Assembly (NCBI GenBank): GCA_964508155.1
Contig: CAZDRE010000001.1
Span: forward strand, 69,174 to 133,173
Reading direction: 5' to 3'
Origin: an uncultured Candidatus Bathyarchaeia archaeon
GTDB lineage: Archaea > Thermoproteota > Bathyarchaeia > Bathyarchaeales > DTEX01
Length of the DNA stretch: 64,000 nucleotides
Shown: positions 27,382 through 38,264 of the stretch, in pieces
Numbering within the stretch: the stretch's first letter is position 1
Layout of the letters: the number at the start of each line of letters is the position of its first letter
Notes under the pieces: model-generated
The model's input: only the letters and a program-made list of their open reading frames with translations
The model's database searches: none
What the model was told of the DNA's origin: nothing
Program-made: the position numbers and the translations under genes

Positions 27382-30069
27382 TTACTTCTTTTTCAGTATT
27401 GCGACTAAGGCGATCACTATCGCTATTATGGATACTCCAAGTGAGGCCATGACCAACGTATTCATTCGTGAGACAGAATCTTGCAATGAGCTTACCTGGG
27501 ATTGGAGGCTACTAATTGATTTCTCAAGTGAGGCTGCCTTCGTCTCTAGTTGAGCTCGAATGCCGCTGAGCTTACCTCCAATGTAATCTTCAAGCGAGAG
27601 TGTAGTGAAGGAAGTCTCCTTCACTCCAGGAATGCTTACGAGCTTCGATGAGACTGCTACTAGCAGCTTAGCCGAGCCCGCTGCGAGGGCTGAGGTGTCA
27701 GCTGCCTCTAGATTGACTGCCCATAATCCATCTCCAAGGGGCTCAGCTGTTCTCACGGTCTTTACTGCTCCGGTAGCATCGATCACGAGATACTTGACGG
27801 ATTCGACATCAGACGTCTTGTAGGGTTCTCCTTGGTATGTAACTTTAACTATGAATCTTGATCCTAATCCGCTGATTACGGTGGCTGGACCCTCAATCTT
27901 TATCTCAGGCATCTTTGGTTTTCCGAATATTGCCCATTTATCAGCCTTGTCAGGATAGTTCCTGTTCGCCTTGATCACTATTATGTGTGCTGTTGGATCT
28001 ACACTCTCCAAGTAGAATGGTCCATCTCCAACCCAGAAGTGCCCTTTACTCTTATACCATGACTTGAGAGCCTTATATCTGGCTAGAGCCTCATCCTCAG
28101 TGATATACTTTCCAAGGACATTCTTGTATGGCACATATTTGCTCTCGATTGCGTAGTTTAGCATCTCCTCTAGAACCTTCAATGTTCCGCCGGTTATGTA
28201 GTTCAGCCTATCAACGCCCAGCGTCTTCGCCTTGTCAGCCGTGAATGCAGCCTTTCCTTTCTCTTCAGCAAGCATTCCAATGGTGACCGTGTGCCAAGGA
28301 GCTGGACCGTAAGATGCTGCAGGATAGAACCACCCGGCTACATCGCTAACTATCCACTCCGCATCCGGATAGATATTGTCAGTGTAGAATTCACATATCA
28401 GCGGGTTCTCACTTATTATCCTGAAGCCCTTAAAGTACGTTCTGAAGACCTCAAAGCTTGGGACATAAGCCTCATCATATACGGCGCTTACATTACTGGC
28501 ACGATCAAACGTGATTATGTAGTTGTATATGAAGTCTGCGAGTGATACGTTGGAGCCGTCATGCCACTTCGCAGCGAATAGGTCATCCCTAAAGTAAACC
28601 ACTACCTTCGCCTTCGCAGTTGTCCCCTTAGGAGCAGTTGTTATCTCCTGCTTTTTAGCGTCCCAACCATACCAGGCATCGGTTGGAACATTAATTTCAC
28701 TGACGAAATGCAAGGTTAGCCAGTCTAATGTTTTAGTTACTGGAATCCCCTCTTTAACGTATACTTCTGCCTTCGCAACTTTGAGAGGCCAGAATAGTCC
28801 AGTATATGGGTCTGGCATCAGAACTGGATCGAAGGTTGCCCTGTATATCATCGTGTCGTATATCCAGTCGCTTCCTCCAAGCGGGTTCCAAGGCTCAATC
28901 GGTATGCTAGCTTGCGTGACTATCTTAACCGTTCCTCCAACCTTATCTTTAAATCTCAGAGTGTACGGCCAAAGTCTTGCACCATAGAATCCTCCAGCAA
29001 GGTCGCATGCCTGCGTTACCTCTTTTCTCGCCACCCATGCAGTCACCATATTTGTAAGCCAAATCCTCACCGAATCCTTCATTGAGAGCTCTAATGCACT
29101 TGCCATGAGCTTATTTCTCTCCTCCCAAGTTGTGTAATCCTTCGTTGCGAGCTTCTTTGAGACCTCATCGAACTCCTTGCTTGGCTTATAGGCTTGCCAT
29201 AGTGGAAGCGGCAGGCCCCTCGGAGTGTAGAAGAAGTCGAAGTTGTCGGATTCATCTCTGCTTATGGCGGTTGTGATCCATCCTCCCGTATATACATGCC
29301 ATTTACCTTCAGATGGATCTCCAAAGAGCCAAAGTGGAGCCGCCTCCTTGCTCGTTTTATACTCCCTCTTCACGGTGAAGCCTAATCGTTCAAGCTGATT
29401 TGCGAAGTAGTTGCCTATCTCCTTCCTCTCATCCTCAACCCTAATTAGAATGATTATCGTAACGGGTTCTCCCTTATACTGCCATTTGCCATTAACGAGC
29501 TTCGCTCCGAGCTTCTTCATCTCCTCAGTAACTATAGCCTTGGCCTTCTCGAAGTTATAGCTGTATTGAAGCTCAATCTTCTTGCATACATCGATTAGAC
29601 GGGCGTAATCTGGAAATGACGGGGTTATAGCAACATATCTTGGAACCGCGAGGCCTCCGCAGATCTCATTAGCAATGTATTCCCTATCAACCAGATAGTT
29701 CATGGCCTCCCTGATCTTCGCGTCTGAGAAGGGATTAAGCTTTCCAGTCGCCGGAAACTCGGGTCCGACGGGGTTAAATGTTAGTTCATTATAGCTACCG
29801 TATGAAAGAGCATACCAAAGGTTCGGTGACGCCTTAACCTTCTTGAAGAGTTCAGGGTCAGTCAGCCCATAATAGTAGACATGGGCATCTCCAGCCTCGA
29901 GCATATTGATCGCTTGGGCATCATCAGTTACTGATGAAAATATGACCTCGTCGACCCATGGTCCATTGGGCACCTTCTCCGCCCAAACTGGAACGTAAAT
30001 TGCTGGCATCACAAGCGAGATCGCTAAGATAACCAGAAGAACTTCAGTTAAAATTCTTTTAGTCATCAC
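27382..30069 (-). CDS. Family-5 extracellular solute-binding protein, large archaeal form with C-terminal coiled coil and TM anchor
   Basis: 895 aa. Has an N-terminal signal/TM, an SBP_bac_5-like core and a C-terminal hydrophobic anchor LGVSIIAIVIALVAILKKK. Confidence 0.8.
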   Translation of the reverse strand: MMTKRILTEVLLVILAISLVMPAIYVPVWAEKVPNGPWVDEVIFSSVTDDAQAINMLEAGDAHVYYYGLTDPELFKKVKASPNLWYALSYGSYNELTFNPVGPEFPATGKLNPFSDAKIREAMNYLVDREYIANEICGGLAVPRYVAITPSFPDYARLIDVCKKIELQYSYNFEKAKAIVTEEMKKLGAKLVNGKWQYKGEPVTIIILIRVEDERKEIGNYFANQLERLGFTVKREYKTSKEAAPLWLFGDPSEGKWHVYTGGWITTAISRDESDNFDFFYTPRGLPLPLWQAYKPSKEFDEVSKKLATKDYTTWEERNKLMASALELSMKDSVRIWLTNMVTAWVARKEVTQACDLAGGFYGARLWPYTLRFKDKVGGTVKIVTQASIPIEPWNPLGGSDWIYDTMIYRATFDPVLMPDPYTGLFWPLKVAKAEVYVKEGIPVTKTLDWLTLHFVSEINVPTDAWYGWDAKKQEITTAPKGTTAKAKVVVYFRDDLFAAKWHDGSNVSLADFIYNYIITFDRASNVSAVYDEAYVPSFEVFRTYFKGFRIISENPLICEFYTDNIYPDAEWIVSDVAGWFYPAASYGPAPWHTVTIGMLAEEKGKAAFTADKAKTLGVDRLNYITGGTLKVLEEMLNYAIESKYVPYKNVLGKYITEDEALARYKALKSWYKSKGHFWVGDGPFYLESVDPTAHIIVIKANRNYPDKADKWAIFGKPKMPEIKIEGPATVISGLGSRFIVKVTYQGEPYKTSDVESVKYLVIDATGAVKTVRTAEPLGDGLWAVNLEAADTSALAAGSAKLLVAVSSKLVSIPGVKETSFTTLSLEDYIGGKLSGIRAQLETKAASLEKSISSLQSQVSSLQDSVSRMNTLVMASLGVSIIAIVIALVAILKKK

Positions 30070-30206
30070 TTTTCCTCCAAATTTTTTAATGAAAACATTG
30101 TATCTTTTGGCTTAAAAGAGTTTTCCCTGATTCTCTCAAAATTGAATTTTCATAACTCCATCGTGCATATTGTAACTCAAAAATATTAATGTGAGACCTT
30201 GCAGAA

Positions 30207-31025
30207 TTGAAGATGGAGGATGATTTAATGGTTAAGATCGGCATTATAGGCGGGTCTGGACTTGAGGATCCAAGGATCCTTAAGGATCAGCGGGAGATCG
30301 AATGTGACACTCCGTACGGTCGGCCCTCCTCACCGCTGATAGTAGGAAAGATAAGCGGAGTTGATGTTGTAATAATCTCTAGACATGGAAAGAAACATAC
30401 GATAATGCCGACGAATGTTCCGTATCAGGCTAATATCTATGCATTAAAGGATGCTGGTTGCACGCACGTATTAGCAACTACAGCCTGCGGCTCTTTAAGG
30501 GAGGAGATCAGGCCTGGGGAACTGGTCTTTCCGGATCAATTCATTGACAGAACCACCAAGAGGAAATCAACATTCTACGAGAAGGATGTTGTCTGTCACA
30601 TTCCGATGGCGGAGCCATTCTGTCCGAACCTTCGTAGGCTCTTATACGAGAAGGCTAGGGAGCTCGGCTTCAAATGCCATGAGCGCGGAACGGTAGTTAC
30701 GATTGAGGGACCTAGATTTTCAAGCAGGGCTGAAAGTTTAATGTTTAGGCAGTGGGGTGGAGACATAATTAATATGACAACTGTTCCGGAGGTTGTACTT
30801 GCAAGGGAGGCTGGACTGCATTATGCAGCCATAGCAATGCCAACAGACTATGACTGTTGGAAGCAGACTGAAAGGGCTGTGGATATATCAATGGTCCTTG
30901 AGACATTCAAGCGTAACGTTGAGAAGGTTAAGAGGCTCATATTGGCAGTGATCCCGGAGATAAGAGATTACGATGACTGTCCATGTAAATGGGATATTAA
31001 ATCGGCGATAGTCACGAAGCAATGA
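30207..31025 (+). CDS. mtnP: S-methyl-5'-thioadenosine phosphorylase
   Basis: 272 aa. Contains [19 protein letters not shown] and MTTVPE. Confidence 0.85.
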   Translation: MKMEDDLMVKIGIIGGSGLEDPRILKDQREIECDTPYGRPSSPLIVGKISGVDVVIISRHGKKHTIMPTNVPYQANIYALKDAGCTHVLATTACGSLREEIRPGELVFPDQFIDRTTKRKSTFYEKDVVCHIPMAEPFCPNLRRLLYEKARELGFKCHERGTVVTIEGPRFSSRAESLMFRQWGGDIINMTTVPEVVLAREAGLHYAAIAMPTDYDCWKQTERAVDISMVLETFKRNVEKVKRLILAVIPEIRDYDDCPCKWDIKSAIVTKQ

Positions 31026-31139
31026 CTGTTAAGAGCAGCCGATTATAAGGCTACTCCCTTTTTTATTCCGCTGCCGTGAAAAGAATTTTTAGTTTCCTCT
31101 CATATCCTCTTGGTGATGATTCTGGGAAGTTGATGCCCT

Positions 31140-32225
31140 TTGATCGGGAAGGATGAGATCGAGAGTCTAATCGAAAGATACGATCTAAATCGCATATCTA
31201 TTGGCACGCTTGGCTCCCACTCAGCACTAAACATATTTAAGGGCGCTAAGGAGGAGGGCTTCAGAACGGTCTGCGTATGCACAAGAGACCGTGAAATAGT
31301 CTATAGGAGATTTCCAGTCGTAGATGAGTTCATCTTTGTGGATAGGTTCAGCGAGCTTTTGGATGAGAATGTTCAGGAGAGACTAAGAGAGTTAAACACC
31401 ATACTCGTCCCCCATGGATCGTTCAACGCATACATCAGCATGGAGGACATGCTTGGCAGACTCTATGTTCCAATGTTCGGTAATAGGAGGCTGTTGAGCT
31501 GGGAGATAAGCCGTGATAAGCAGAGGGAGTGGCTACTGAAGGCTGGACTCAACCTTCCAAGAGTTTACAGCAGCCCAGATGAGATAGATGGGCTTGTAAT
31601 CGCAAAGCTTCCGGGCGCTCGAGGCGGTATGGGATACTTCCTGGCGGACTCCCCAAAATCCTTCTATGAGAAGGCCGAAAAGATGGTTAGGAATGGATAT
31701 TTAAGCAGAGAAGACATAAAAAATATTCAGCTACAAGAGTATGTTTTGGGAGTTACAGCCTACTTCCAGTATTTCCGCTCGATCATCAAGGATGAGGTTG
31801 AATTGCTGGGGATGGATAGACGTTACGAGTCGGCAGTCGATGCCCTGGGCAGAATTCCAGCCAGAGACCAGATTCATATCGACTTAAACCCGACATACAC
31901 TGTAGTTGGTAATATCCCATTAACCCTAAGGGAATCTATACTTCCCGAAGTCTTGAGGATGGGTGATCGCGTAGCCAGGATAGCGGAGGAGATAGCGCCT
32001 CCGGGGATTATAGGACCATTCTGTTTAGAGGCTATAATAACCGATACCGGGAGGATATATGCCTTCGAGATCTCCGCTAGGATAGTTGCTGGAAGTAATG
32101 TTGGCATAGGAACGTCCCCATACGCTTACTTGAAGTATGGTGCTGGAATGTATATGGGTAGGAGGATAGCCCTCGAGGTAAAGTTGGGGATCGAGAAGGG
32201 GATGCTTGGGAAGATCCTTTATTAG
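31140..32225 (+). CDS. purP: FAICAR synthetase PurP (formate-dependent, ATP-grasp)
   Basis: 361 aa. Contains IGTLGSHSALNI and the ATP-grasp C-terminal half typical of archaeal PurP. Confidence 0.85.
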   Translation: MIGKDEIESLIERYDLNRISIGTLGSHSALNIFKGAKEEGFRTVCVCTRDREIVYRRFPVVDEFIFVDRFSELLDENVQERLRELNTILVPHGSFNAYISMEDMLGRLYVPMFGNRRLLSWEISRDKQREWLLKAGLNLPRVYSSPDEIDGLVIAKLPGARGGMGYFLADSPKSFYEKAEKMVRNGYLSREDIKNIQLQEYVLGVTAYFQYFRSIIKDEVELLGMDRRYESAVDALGRIPARDQIHIDLNPTYTVVGNIPLTLRESILPEVLRMGDRVARIAEEIAPPGIIGPFCLEAIITDTGRIYAFEISARIVAGSNVGIGTSPYAYLKYGAGMYMGRRIALEVKLGIEKGMLGKILY

Positions 32226-32273
32226 CATCATCCCCTTAAGGTTATAACATGCAATTTTCTGGAGGATGATGAT

Positions 32274-33446
32274 GTGGCGATCAAGAGGGAGGAGATACAG
32301 AAGATCGTCTCTTCTTATGATGCAGATTCAATAACGATCGGTGTCTTAGGCTCCCATTCAGCAGAGGAGGTTGGAGTTTCAGCGAAGATGATGGGGTTCT
32401 CAACGGCTGTCATCTGCCAAAAGGGAAGGGAATCCCTATATGCAAAGTATAACAGGCATCTATTTGATCACATCTTTATATTGGATAGGTTCTCTGACAT
32501 GGTGAATCCGGATGTCCAAGAGAAGCTGCGAGAGCTAAATACGATCTTTATTCCGAACAGATCATTCTCCGTTTATGTCGGATACGACAATATTGAGGAT
32601 AGATTGAAGATACCGCTTTATGGCAACAGGATGATCCTAAAAGCCGAGGAGAGAAACGCTCCGAGGAATCAATATTGGCTCCTAGAGAAGGCCGGCATAA
32701 AGATTCCAAAAAGATTTGACAGTCCAGATGAGATCGATAGGCTCGTAATAGTGAAGGTTCAGCAGAAGCATAAGCCGCTTGAAAGAGCATTCTTCTATGC
32801 TTCTTCACCTGAGGAGTATTATAGGAGAGCCGAGGATCTCATTAGAAAGGATGTTATCGACCGTGAGGGGCTGGAAAAGGCTAGGATAGAAGAGTATGTT
32901 CTCGGTCAGAAGTTCAATGCGAACTTTCAGGGATGGGCCATAACTGATGTTTTCGGAGACTTTGATTTCCTCGGATTCGACGATAGGAAGCAGACCAATC
33001 TGCATGGAGTCCTAAGCCTACCAGCCCGGGATCAGCTCTCCCTTGATGTTCCAATAAAAAATGAGGAGATAGGTCATTACGGCTTAACGATGAGGGAATC
33101 TCAGAAGCCTAAGGTCTATGATGCTGCTGAGAGATTCAGAAGGATATGCGAGAAGGAGTATCCTCCGGGCATGATAGGATTATTTGCGTTGCAAGGCGCC
33201 GTGGCCTATGATCAAGATGATCCATCCGGAAGGAGACTAGCCTTCTATGTCTTTGATGTAAGCCCGAGGATTCCCGGCTGTCCATGCGTCGGCCCTACAT
33301 CCCCGGAGATGCGTAGGCTAACGCTGAAGCACAGGCGCTTATTGGATAGGTATGGCCTAAAGGAGATCTCGGCTCCCATGGATCTTCCAATGCTTGAGAT
33401 CAAATATGCTGCTGAGAATGACATGCTAGACAGAATAGTTACTTAG
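32274..33446 (+). CDS. PurP paralog
   Basis: 390 aa. Contains IGVLGSHSAEEV and has the same architecture as the upstream PurP. It is clearly diverged, with insertions. Confidence 0.7.
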   Translation: MAIKREEIQKIVSSYDADSITIGVLGSHSAEEVGVSAKMMGFSTAVICQKGRESLYAKYNRHLFDHIFILDRFSDMVNPDVQEKLRELNTIFIPNRSFSVYVGYDNIEDRLKIPLYGNRMILKAEERNAPRNQYWLLEKAGIKIPKRFDSPDEIDRLVIVKVQQKHKPLERAFFYASSPEEYYRRAEDLIRKDVIDREGLEKARIEEYVLGQKFNANFQGWAITDVFGDFDFLGFDDRKQTNLHGVLSLPARDQLSLDVPIKNEEIGHYGLTMRESQKPKVYDAAERFRRICEKEYPPGMIGLFALQGAVAYDQDDPSGRRLAFYVFDVSPRIPGCPCVGPTSPEMRRLTLKHRRLLDRYGLKEISAPMDLPMLEIKYAAENDMLDRIVT

Positions 33447-33451
33447 GGCGA

Positions 33452-34606
33452 TCATTCATACAGAAATTTTCCCCATCTGCTCTTTATGACGACGATATTC
33501 TTTCCATGGCTTCTCTCGCATCTACCGATCCTTTTGGCTTGAAGCCCGAAGCTCTCGGAGATGCTTATTATCTCATCCACAGCCTCGGGCCTTGAGATTA
33601 TCTCGAATCCAACGCCCATATTGTAATTTTCGAACATGGCCTTCCACGATTCGCCTGATTCCCTCTGGATAAGCATGAAGATCGGATCTGGCTCTATGAG
33701 GTTATCCTTTATATACTTGATATTGAATCCTACTCTAAGCCCCTTCGTTAATCCCCCACCCATATTATGAACCATACCTGAAATTTCATCTCCGCATTTC
33801 TCCAGTATCTTCCTGATTACTGGTATGAAGAACCTCATGGGCGAGGTTAAAGCCTCACCTACAGTCATGCCTAATTCATCTATGTAATCTTCAACTCTGA
33901 ATCTTCCATAGTATTCTTTTCCCTCTGGATCCATTATCTCCGGATACTTCTCCTGATAATCCCTCTTTAAGAGGCAATGCCTAGCCAACGTAAGCCCATT
34001 ACACATTATTCCGCTATTCTCTCGTTTCTCATATTTGGTTCTTCCCCCGCTTCTCAGGCCAATAATCACATCTCCAGGCTGAATCTCACTTCCAGTTACG
34101 GCCTCTGACAGATCAACCCTTCCATTCACAACTCCTGAGATATCTAATGTTCTGAGTTGGTCTGGGAGATCAGCGGTCTCGCCTCCGGAAAAATAAACCT
34201 TCACGCCTAAACTCTCTAGCAGATCTAGGCACTCCCTGAATCCCTCATTTAAAACCTTTAAGAGCTCGATCTTGGGTAGCCTAAGCGGGTTTAGGGCTAT
34301 GTAATCAACGAAGTTTATGGGCTTGGCCCCGACGCATACGATGTCGTCAAGGTTCATCGCCAAAACATCTTGGGCTAAACCCTTAAACCAAGAGAGATCC
34401 CCCGTCTCCCTCCAATTCAGGTAGGCCTGAACAGGCTTGCTTCCAGCGCTGTCAGCATGAGTTACTATTCCATAACCGGGCATATCAGGATCCTGCGTTA
34501 CAACGCAGAATGCTCCTGGGAAGATATTGCTTATTATCTCGCTGAAAACCTCGATGCCCCTCTTCTTAACGTCAACGCCCGTCTCGGCATATTTGCTCCC
34601 GCTCAT
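33452..34606 (-). CDS. purM: PurM-like AIR synthase (phosphoribosylformylglycinamidine cyclo-ligase)
   Basis: 384 aa. Has an N-terminal YAETGVDVKKRG, then the DSAGSK and MNLDDIVCVGAKP motifs of the PurM superfamily. Confidence 0.7.
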   Translation of the reverse strand: MSGSKYAETGVDVKKRGIEVFSEIISNIFPGAFCVVTQDPDMPGYGIVTHADSAGSKPVQAYLNWRETGDLSWFKGLAQDVLAMNLDDIVCVGAKPINFVDYIALNPLRLPKIELLKVLNEGFRECLDLLESLGVKVYFSGGETADLPDQLRTLDISGVVNGRVDLSEAVTGSEIQPGDVIIGLRSGGRTKYEKRENSGIMCNGLTLARHCLLKRDYQEKYPEIMDPEGKEYYGRFRVEDYIDELGMTVGEALTSPMRFFIPVIRKILEKCGDEISGMVHNMGGGLTKGLRVGFNIKYIKDNLIEPDPIFMLIQRESGESWKAMFENYNMGVGFEIISRPEAVDEIISISESFGLQAKRIGRCERSHGKNIVVIKSRWGKFLYE

Positions 34607-35481
34607 CTCCGATACTTCCTCAGATCCTCTTCAAATCTCCTTCCGGTGAGCCTCTCATAGGCCTCTATGTATTTTCTGGAAGTCTCGATTATCACATTTT
34701 CAGGCAGAGATGGAGCTGGAGGTCTCTTATTCCACTTTATCGATAACAGATAGTCCCTGACATATTGCTTATCAAAGCTCCGCTGGCTCCTCCCAACCTC
34801 ATACTCATCCTTAGGCCAGAATCTAGATGAGTCTGGAGTTAAAAGCTCATCTATCAGGAGGATGTCTCCTTCGACGGTGCCAAACTCGAACTTCGTATCG
34901 GCTATTATTATGCCCCTAGACTCAGCCCTCCTTGAGGCCTCCTCATAAATCTTTAGGCTTGCCTCCTCTATCTCCTCAGCGGCATCCTCTCCAATATTCC
35001 TAATGACATCTTCTTTTGTTATCGCGACGTCATGGCCCGCCTCGGCTTTCGTAGTCGGAGTCAATATAGGCTCCGGTAGCTTTTCAGCCAAGCTAAGTCC
35101 AGATGGGAGCTTGATTCCGCAGATCTCACGATTGCGTTTGTAGCTTTCCCATGCTGAGCCATAAAGGTAACCTCTAACTATGAATTCTATCCTTATCGGC
35201 TTAGCCCTCTTGACAAGCGAGGTTCTCGAGTCAATTACTTCGATCAGATGATTTGGGAATATATGCCTCGTCTCAGTGAACCAGAATGCCGATAATAGAT
35301 TCAGAGTCTCACCCTTATATGGTATCCCATTCGGTAAGACTACATCAAAGGCTGAAATCCTGTCCGTGGAGACTATCAATAATTTTCCGTCACTCTCATA
35401 AATGTCCCTAACCTTCCCCCTCTTGAGCAGCGTATATGGGAGACTCGACTCTAACAGGACATTGTTCGGGTCTATCCTCAT
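34603..35481 (-). CDS. purC: SAICAR synthase
   Basis: 292 aa. Contains GKVRDIYE, STDRISAFD and LIDELLTPDSSRFW. Confidence 0.9.
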   Translation of the reverse strand: MRIDPNNVLLESSLPYTLLKRGKVRDIYESDGKLLIVSTDRISAFDVVLPNGIPYKGETLNLLSAFWFTETRHIFPNHLIEVIDSRTSLVKRAKPIRIEFIVRGYLYGSAWESYKRNREICGIKLPSGLSLAEKLPEPILTPTTKAEAGHDVAITKEDVIRNIGEDAAEEIEEASLKIYEEASRRAESRGIIIADTKFEFGTVEGDILLIDELLTPDSSRFWPKDEYEVGRSQRSFDKQYVRDYLLSIKWNKRPPAPSLPENVIIETSRKYIEAYERLTGRRFEEDLRKYRR

Positions 35482-36041
35482 CTTTTACCACTTATCTCCC
35501 TGTCAGCATCAATTATCTCGCATCTCTTTTTATTAATGTATTCTCTTAATTGACGCTGGAGATTTCGATCTGAAAGAGCGAGGATCTTGATTGCCGCCAG
35601 CGCTGCATTTTCAGGTCTAGCGGCAAACAAGACTGGAACTCCGGTTGGAGTCATAACTGAGGAGAATATCTTCGCCATCCCATACTTCTCAAGGTCAGGC
35701 GGACATGCTATTACTGGATATATGGATGTTCCAGCGGCCGCTCCTGAAAGGGCATCGGAGAGACCGGCGACTGTGATTATTACGGTGCTCTCACCATCCT
35801 CCTCAAAAGCCCTCAGCTTATCAACCAGAAACTCTGGGGTTTTATGGGCTGAAGAAACCGCATACTCATACTTCACATCAAAGCCCTCGTCATCTATGAA
35901 TCTACCTATTCTCATAGCAAAATCCAAGTCTCTCTTCGAACCCATCAGGATTATCAATCTACCCAAATCACATCCATCCGTGGCAACTAAAATTGTAATT
36001 AGAAGGAGAGACATATAACAATATGCCAAGCAACTTCGCAA
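35478..36041 (-). CDS. purE: PurE (AIR carboxylase / N5-CAIR mutase)
   Basis: 187 aa. Contains IILMGSKRDL, SAHKTPE and GLSDALSGAAAG. The true start is probably internal. Confidence 0.8.
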   Translation of the reverse strand: MRSCLAYCYMSLLLITILVATDGCDLGRLIILMGSKRDLDFAMRIGRFIDDEGFDVKYEYAVSSAHKTPEFLVDKLRAFEEDGESTVIITVAGLSDALSGAAAGTSIYPVIACPPDLEKYGMAKIFSSVMTPTGVPVLFAARPENAALAAIKILALSDRNLQRQLREYINKKRCEIIDADREISGKR

Positions 36042-36100
36042 CTTTTTTATCTCAGAACTTTAATGATCATATCATGAATATATAATAGGTGTAAGCTGAA

Positions 36101-36178
36101 AGCGGGGTGGGGTAGCTAGGTTAACCCGCTGGGCTCATAACCCAGAGATCGGTCGTTCAAATCGACCCCCCGCTACCA
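36101..36178 (+). tRNA. Initiator tRNA-Met(CAU), CCA encoded
   Basis: Reads AGCGGGG TG GGGT AGCTAGGTTA ACCC G CTGGG CTCATAA CCCAG AGATC GGTCG TTCAAAT CGACC CCCCGCT A CCA. The A1:U72 pair and three G:C pairs closing the anticodon loop are archaeal initiator hallmarks. Confidence 0.9.
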
Positions 36179-36282
36179 TATAATTCTCCCTTTTCTTGAA
36201 GGTCTTGATGGGGAGACCCTGCTATTTTTATAGATGTGCAGATTATATTAGGCTATTCTTGTGTTAGATTTGGTTTGGAGGG

Positions 36283-38208
36283 TTGGGTGTGCCTCGAAGT
36301 TCCCGTAAATGCATCTTGATCGGGATGGATGGTGTAAGCCCGAAATTCGTTGAGAACATGATTAAGAAGGGTGACTTGCCTGCCTTTAAGAGAATGATTA
36401 AGGAGGGAGTTTACGCTCCATACTGCCTTTCATCTGTTCCGACATCTACGCCTGAAAATTGGACTACGATAGCGACTGGAGCCTGGAATGGTACGCATCA
36501 GGTTATGTCTTTCCAGGTTTTCCAGCCTCCTGAACTGCATGGCGGGTGGATGGCGGGCTATACATCTAGAGAATGCAAGGCCGAGTTTATATGGGATGCT
36601 CTTGAGAGGGCTGGTAAGAGATGCATCCTGATAAAGTATCCAGCCTCATGGCCCCCTACAATGAAGAGGGGCATTCAGATCTGCGGTTGTCACGTTAGGC
36701 CATGCCTACACCAAATAGATGGGGCTCATTACTTCTCAACATTTGGGAAGGGAAACGCTGAGATCAGATTAAAGGAGGAAACGCGAGAGAAGAATGATCT
36801 TCCCATCCTCAGCGGAACCCTTCACTTTGAGGCTAGAGGTTTAGGAGCGAGATCTCCTGGAGAGGGGCTTGACGAGAGAAGCCGCTTATACGGCGTTCCA
36901 GACGGGAATAAGCCTCCTGAAGGCGTAAGTTTAAGCACGCCAGTCTGCAAGCTCGTCCCACCAGGCAAAAAATTCTATCTTCAAGTTTACTCATCGAATG
37001 GCGAATCCTACGATAGGTGCTTGATCTCGCGGGACAGAAGCGGCAGAGACGTATTGGCTGATCTATCTCCAGGCGAATGGTCAGACTGGATACTTGAGAC
37101 CTTCGATACCTACGATGGGCCTCGTGAGGGAACCTTTAGGTTTAAGCTTGATAAGCTTTCTCCGGATGGACGTATGATTGGCATATACGCCACTCAGATC
37201 ATGGATATTGATGGCTATACAATGCCAAGATCGGTTGGACGTGAGCTCTATGAGGCCGTAGGGCCATTCATAACGGATATTGGATGGGAGGGGCTTGGAC
37301 ATGACTGGAGGAAATCATGGTTCGGCACGGATATAATGGAGGAGCTAGCTGACTATCAGAATAGATGGCTCGCTAAAGCCCTCAAGTATCTATGTTCAAA
37401 ATACAAGTGGGACTTATGTATGCTTCAATCCCACTGCATAGATTGTGCGAATCATCATGCACTTGCCTTTGCGGATCCAGCTTACGGCGCCGAGCCTAAA
37501 CTGAGGGAGCATTATCTGGGCTTCATAGAGAACCTGCATCGAAGCCTTGACAGGATGCTTGATGAGATACTTAACTGGGTTGATGAGAACACCGTTGTAA
37601 TCCTAGTTTCGGATCATGGAGGTTTACCCGGCTATATGCGGATAGATACATTAAAGGTTCTTGAAGAAGCGGGGCTTCTAGTCCGTAGGAATGGCGCAAT
37701 CGACTGGAGCCGAACAAAGGCCTACGTTCAGAATGGAATATTCATAAACGTGAACCTTAAGGGGAGGGAACCATATGGAATAGTTCCGCCCGAAGATTAT
37801 GAGAAGGTCTGCGATGAGATCATCGCGGCACTACACGCTTATGTCGATGAGCGGACTGGACTGCATCCATACAATCTCGTGTTAAGGAGGAAGGACGCCC
37901 GCTATTTAGGGCTTTATGGGGATCCAACGTACAAGAAGATAGGCGATATAGTATTCACTTTTAAGGAGCCCTTCGGCGGGACTCACGGCGAGCAACTATC
38001 AACTGCAAGTACGAGCATAAGCTCGATCGGCTCACTATTCATCATGTGGGGAGCGGGAATACGTAGGGGAGTCGTGCTTGAGAGGAATGTCTGGCTTACG
38101 GATATAACCCCGACAATATGCTACATACTTGATGTGCCGCCTCCTAGGGATACGGAAGGAGCCATAATATATCAAGCCTTTGAAGACTTCTATATTGACG
38201 ACTATTAA
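36283..38208 (+). CDS. Alkaline-phosphatase-superfamily protein (type I phosphodiesterase/nucleotide pyrophosphatase-like)
   Basis: 641 aa. Contains ILIGMDGVSPKF near the N-terminus and VSDHGG later. Confidence 0.65.
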   Translation: MGVPRSSRKCILIGMDGVSPKFVENMIKKGDLPAFKRMIKEGVYAPYCLSSVPTSTPENWTTIATGAWNGTHQVMSFQVFQPPELHGGWMAGYTSRECKAEFIWDALERAGKRCILIKYPASWPPTMKRGIQICGCHVRPCLHQIDGAHYFSTFGKGNAEIRLKEETREKNDLPILSGTLHFEARGLGARSPGEGLDERSRLYGVPDGNKPPEGVSLSTPVCKLVPPGKKFYLQVYSSNGESYDRCLISRDRSGRDVLADLSPGEWSDWILETFDTYDGPREGTFRFKLDKLSPDGRMIGIYATQIMDIDGYTMPRSVGRELYEAVGPFITDIGWEGLGHDWRKSWFGTDIMEELADYQNRWLAKALKYLCSKYKWDLCMLQSHCIDCANHHALAFADPAYGAEPKLREHYLGFIENLHRSLDRMLDEILNWVDENTVVILVSDHGGLPGYMRIDTLKVLEEAGLLVRRNGAIDWSRTKAYVQNGIFINVNLKGREPYGIVPPEDYEKVCDEIIAALHAYVDERTGLHPYNLVLRRKDARYLGLYGDPTYKKIGDIVFTFKEPFGGTHGEQLSTASTSISSIGSLFIMWGAGIRRGVVLERNVWLTDITPTICYILDVPPPRDTEGAIIYQAFEDFYIDDY

Positions 38209-38264
38209 GGATTCTACGCAACTTTACATCTAATTGAGAGGGCTAACGAGTCCAATTTTCGGTT

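Noticed and set aside
31113-31136. GTGATGA and TGATGC box C-like strings just upstream of purP. Possible C/D sRNA.
   Set aside because: No CUGA-type D or D' boxes lie at the required spacing of about 12 nt. The strings overlap the purP start region.
36077-36087. AATATATAATA as the TATA box for initiator tRNA-Met.
   Set aside because: It is centred only about 19 nt upstream of the mature 5' end, too close for a standard archaeal TATA-to-TSS distance. It is left uncalled.
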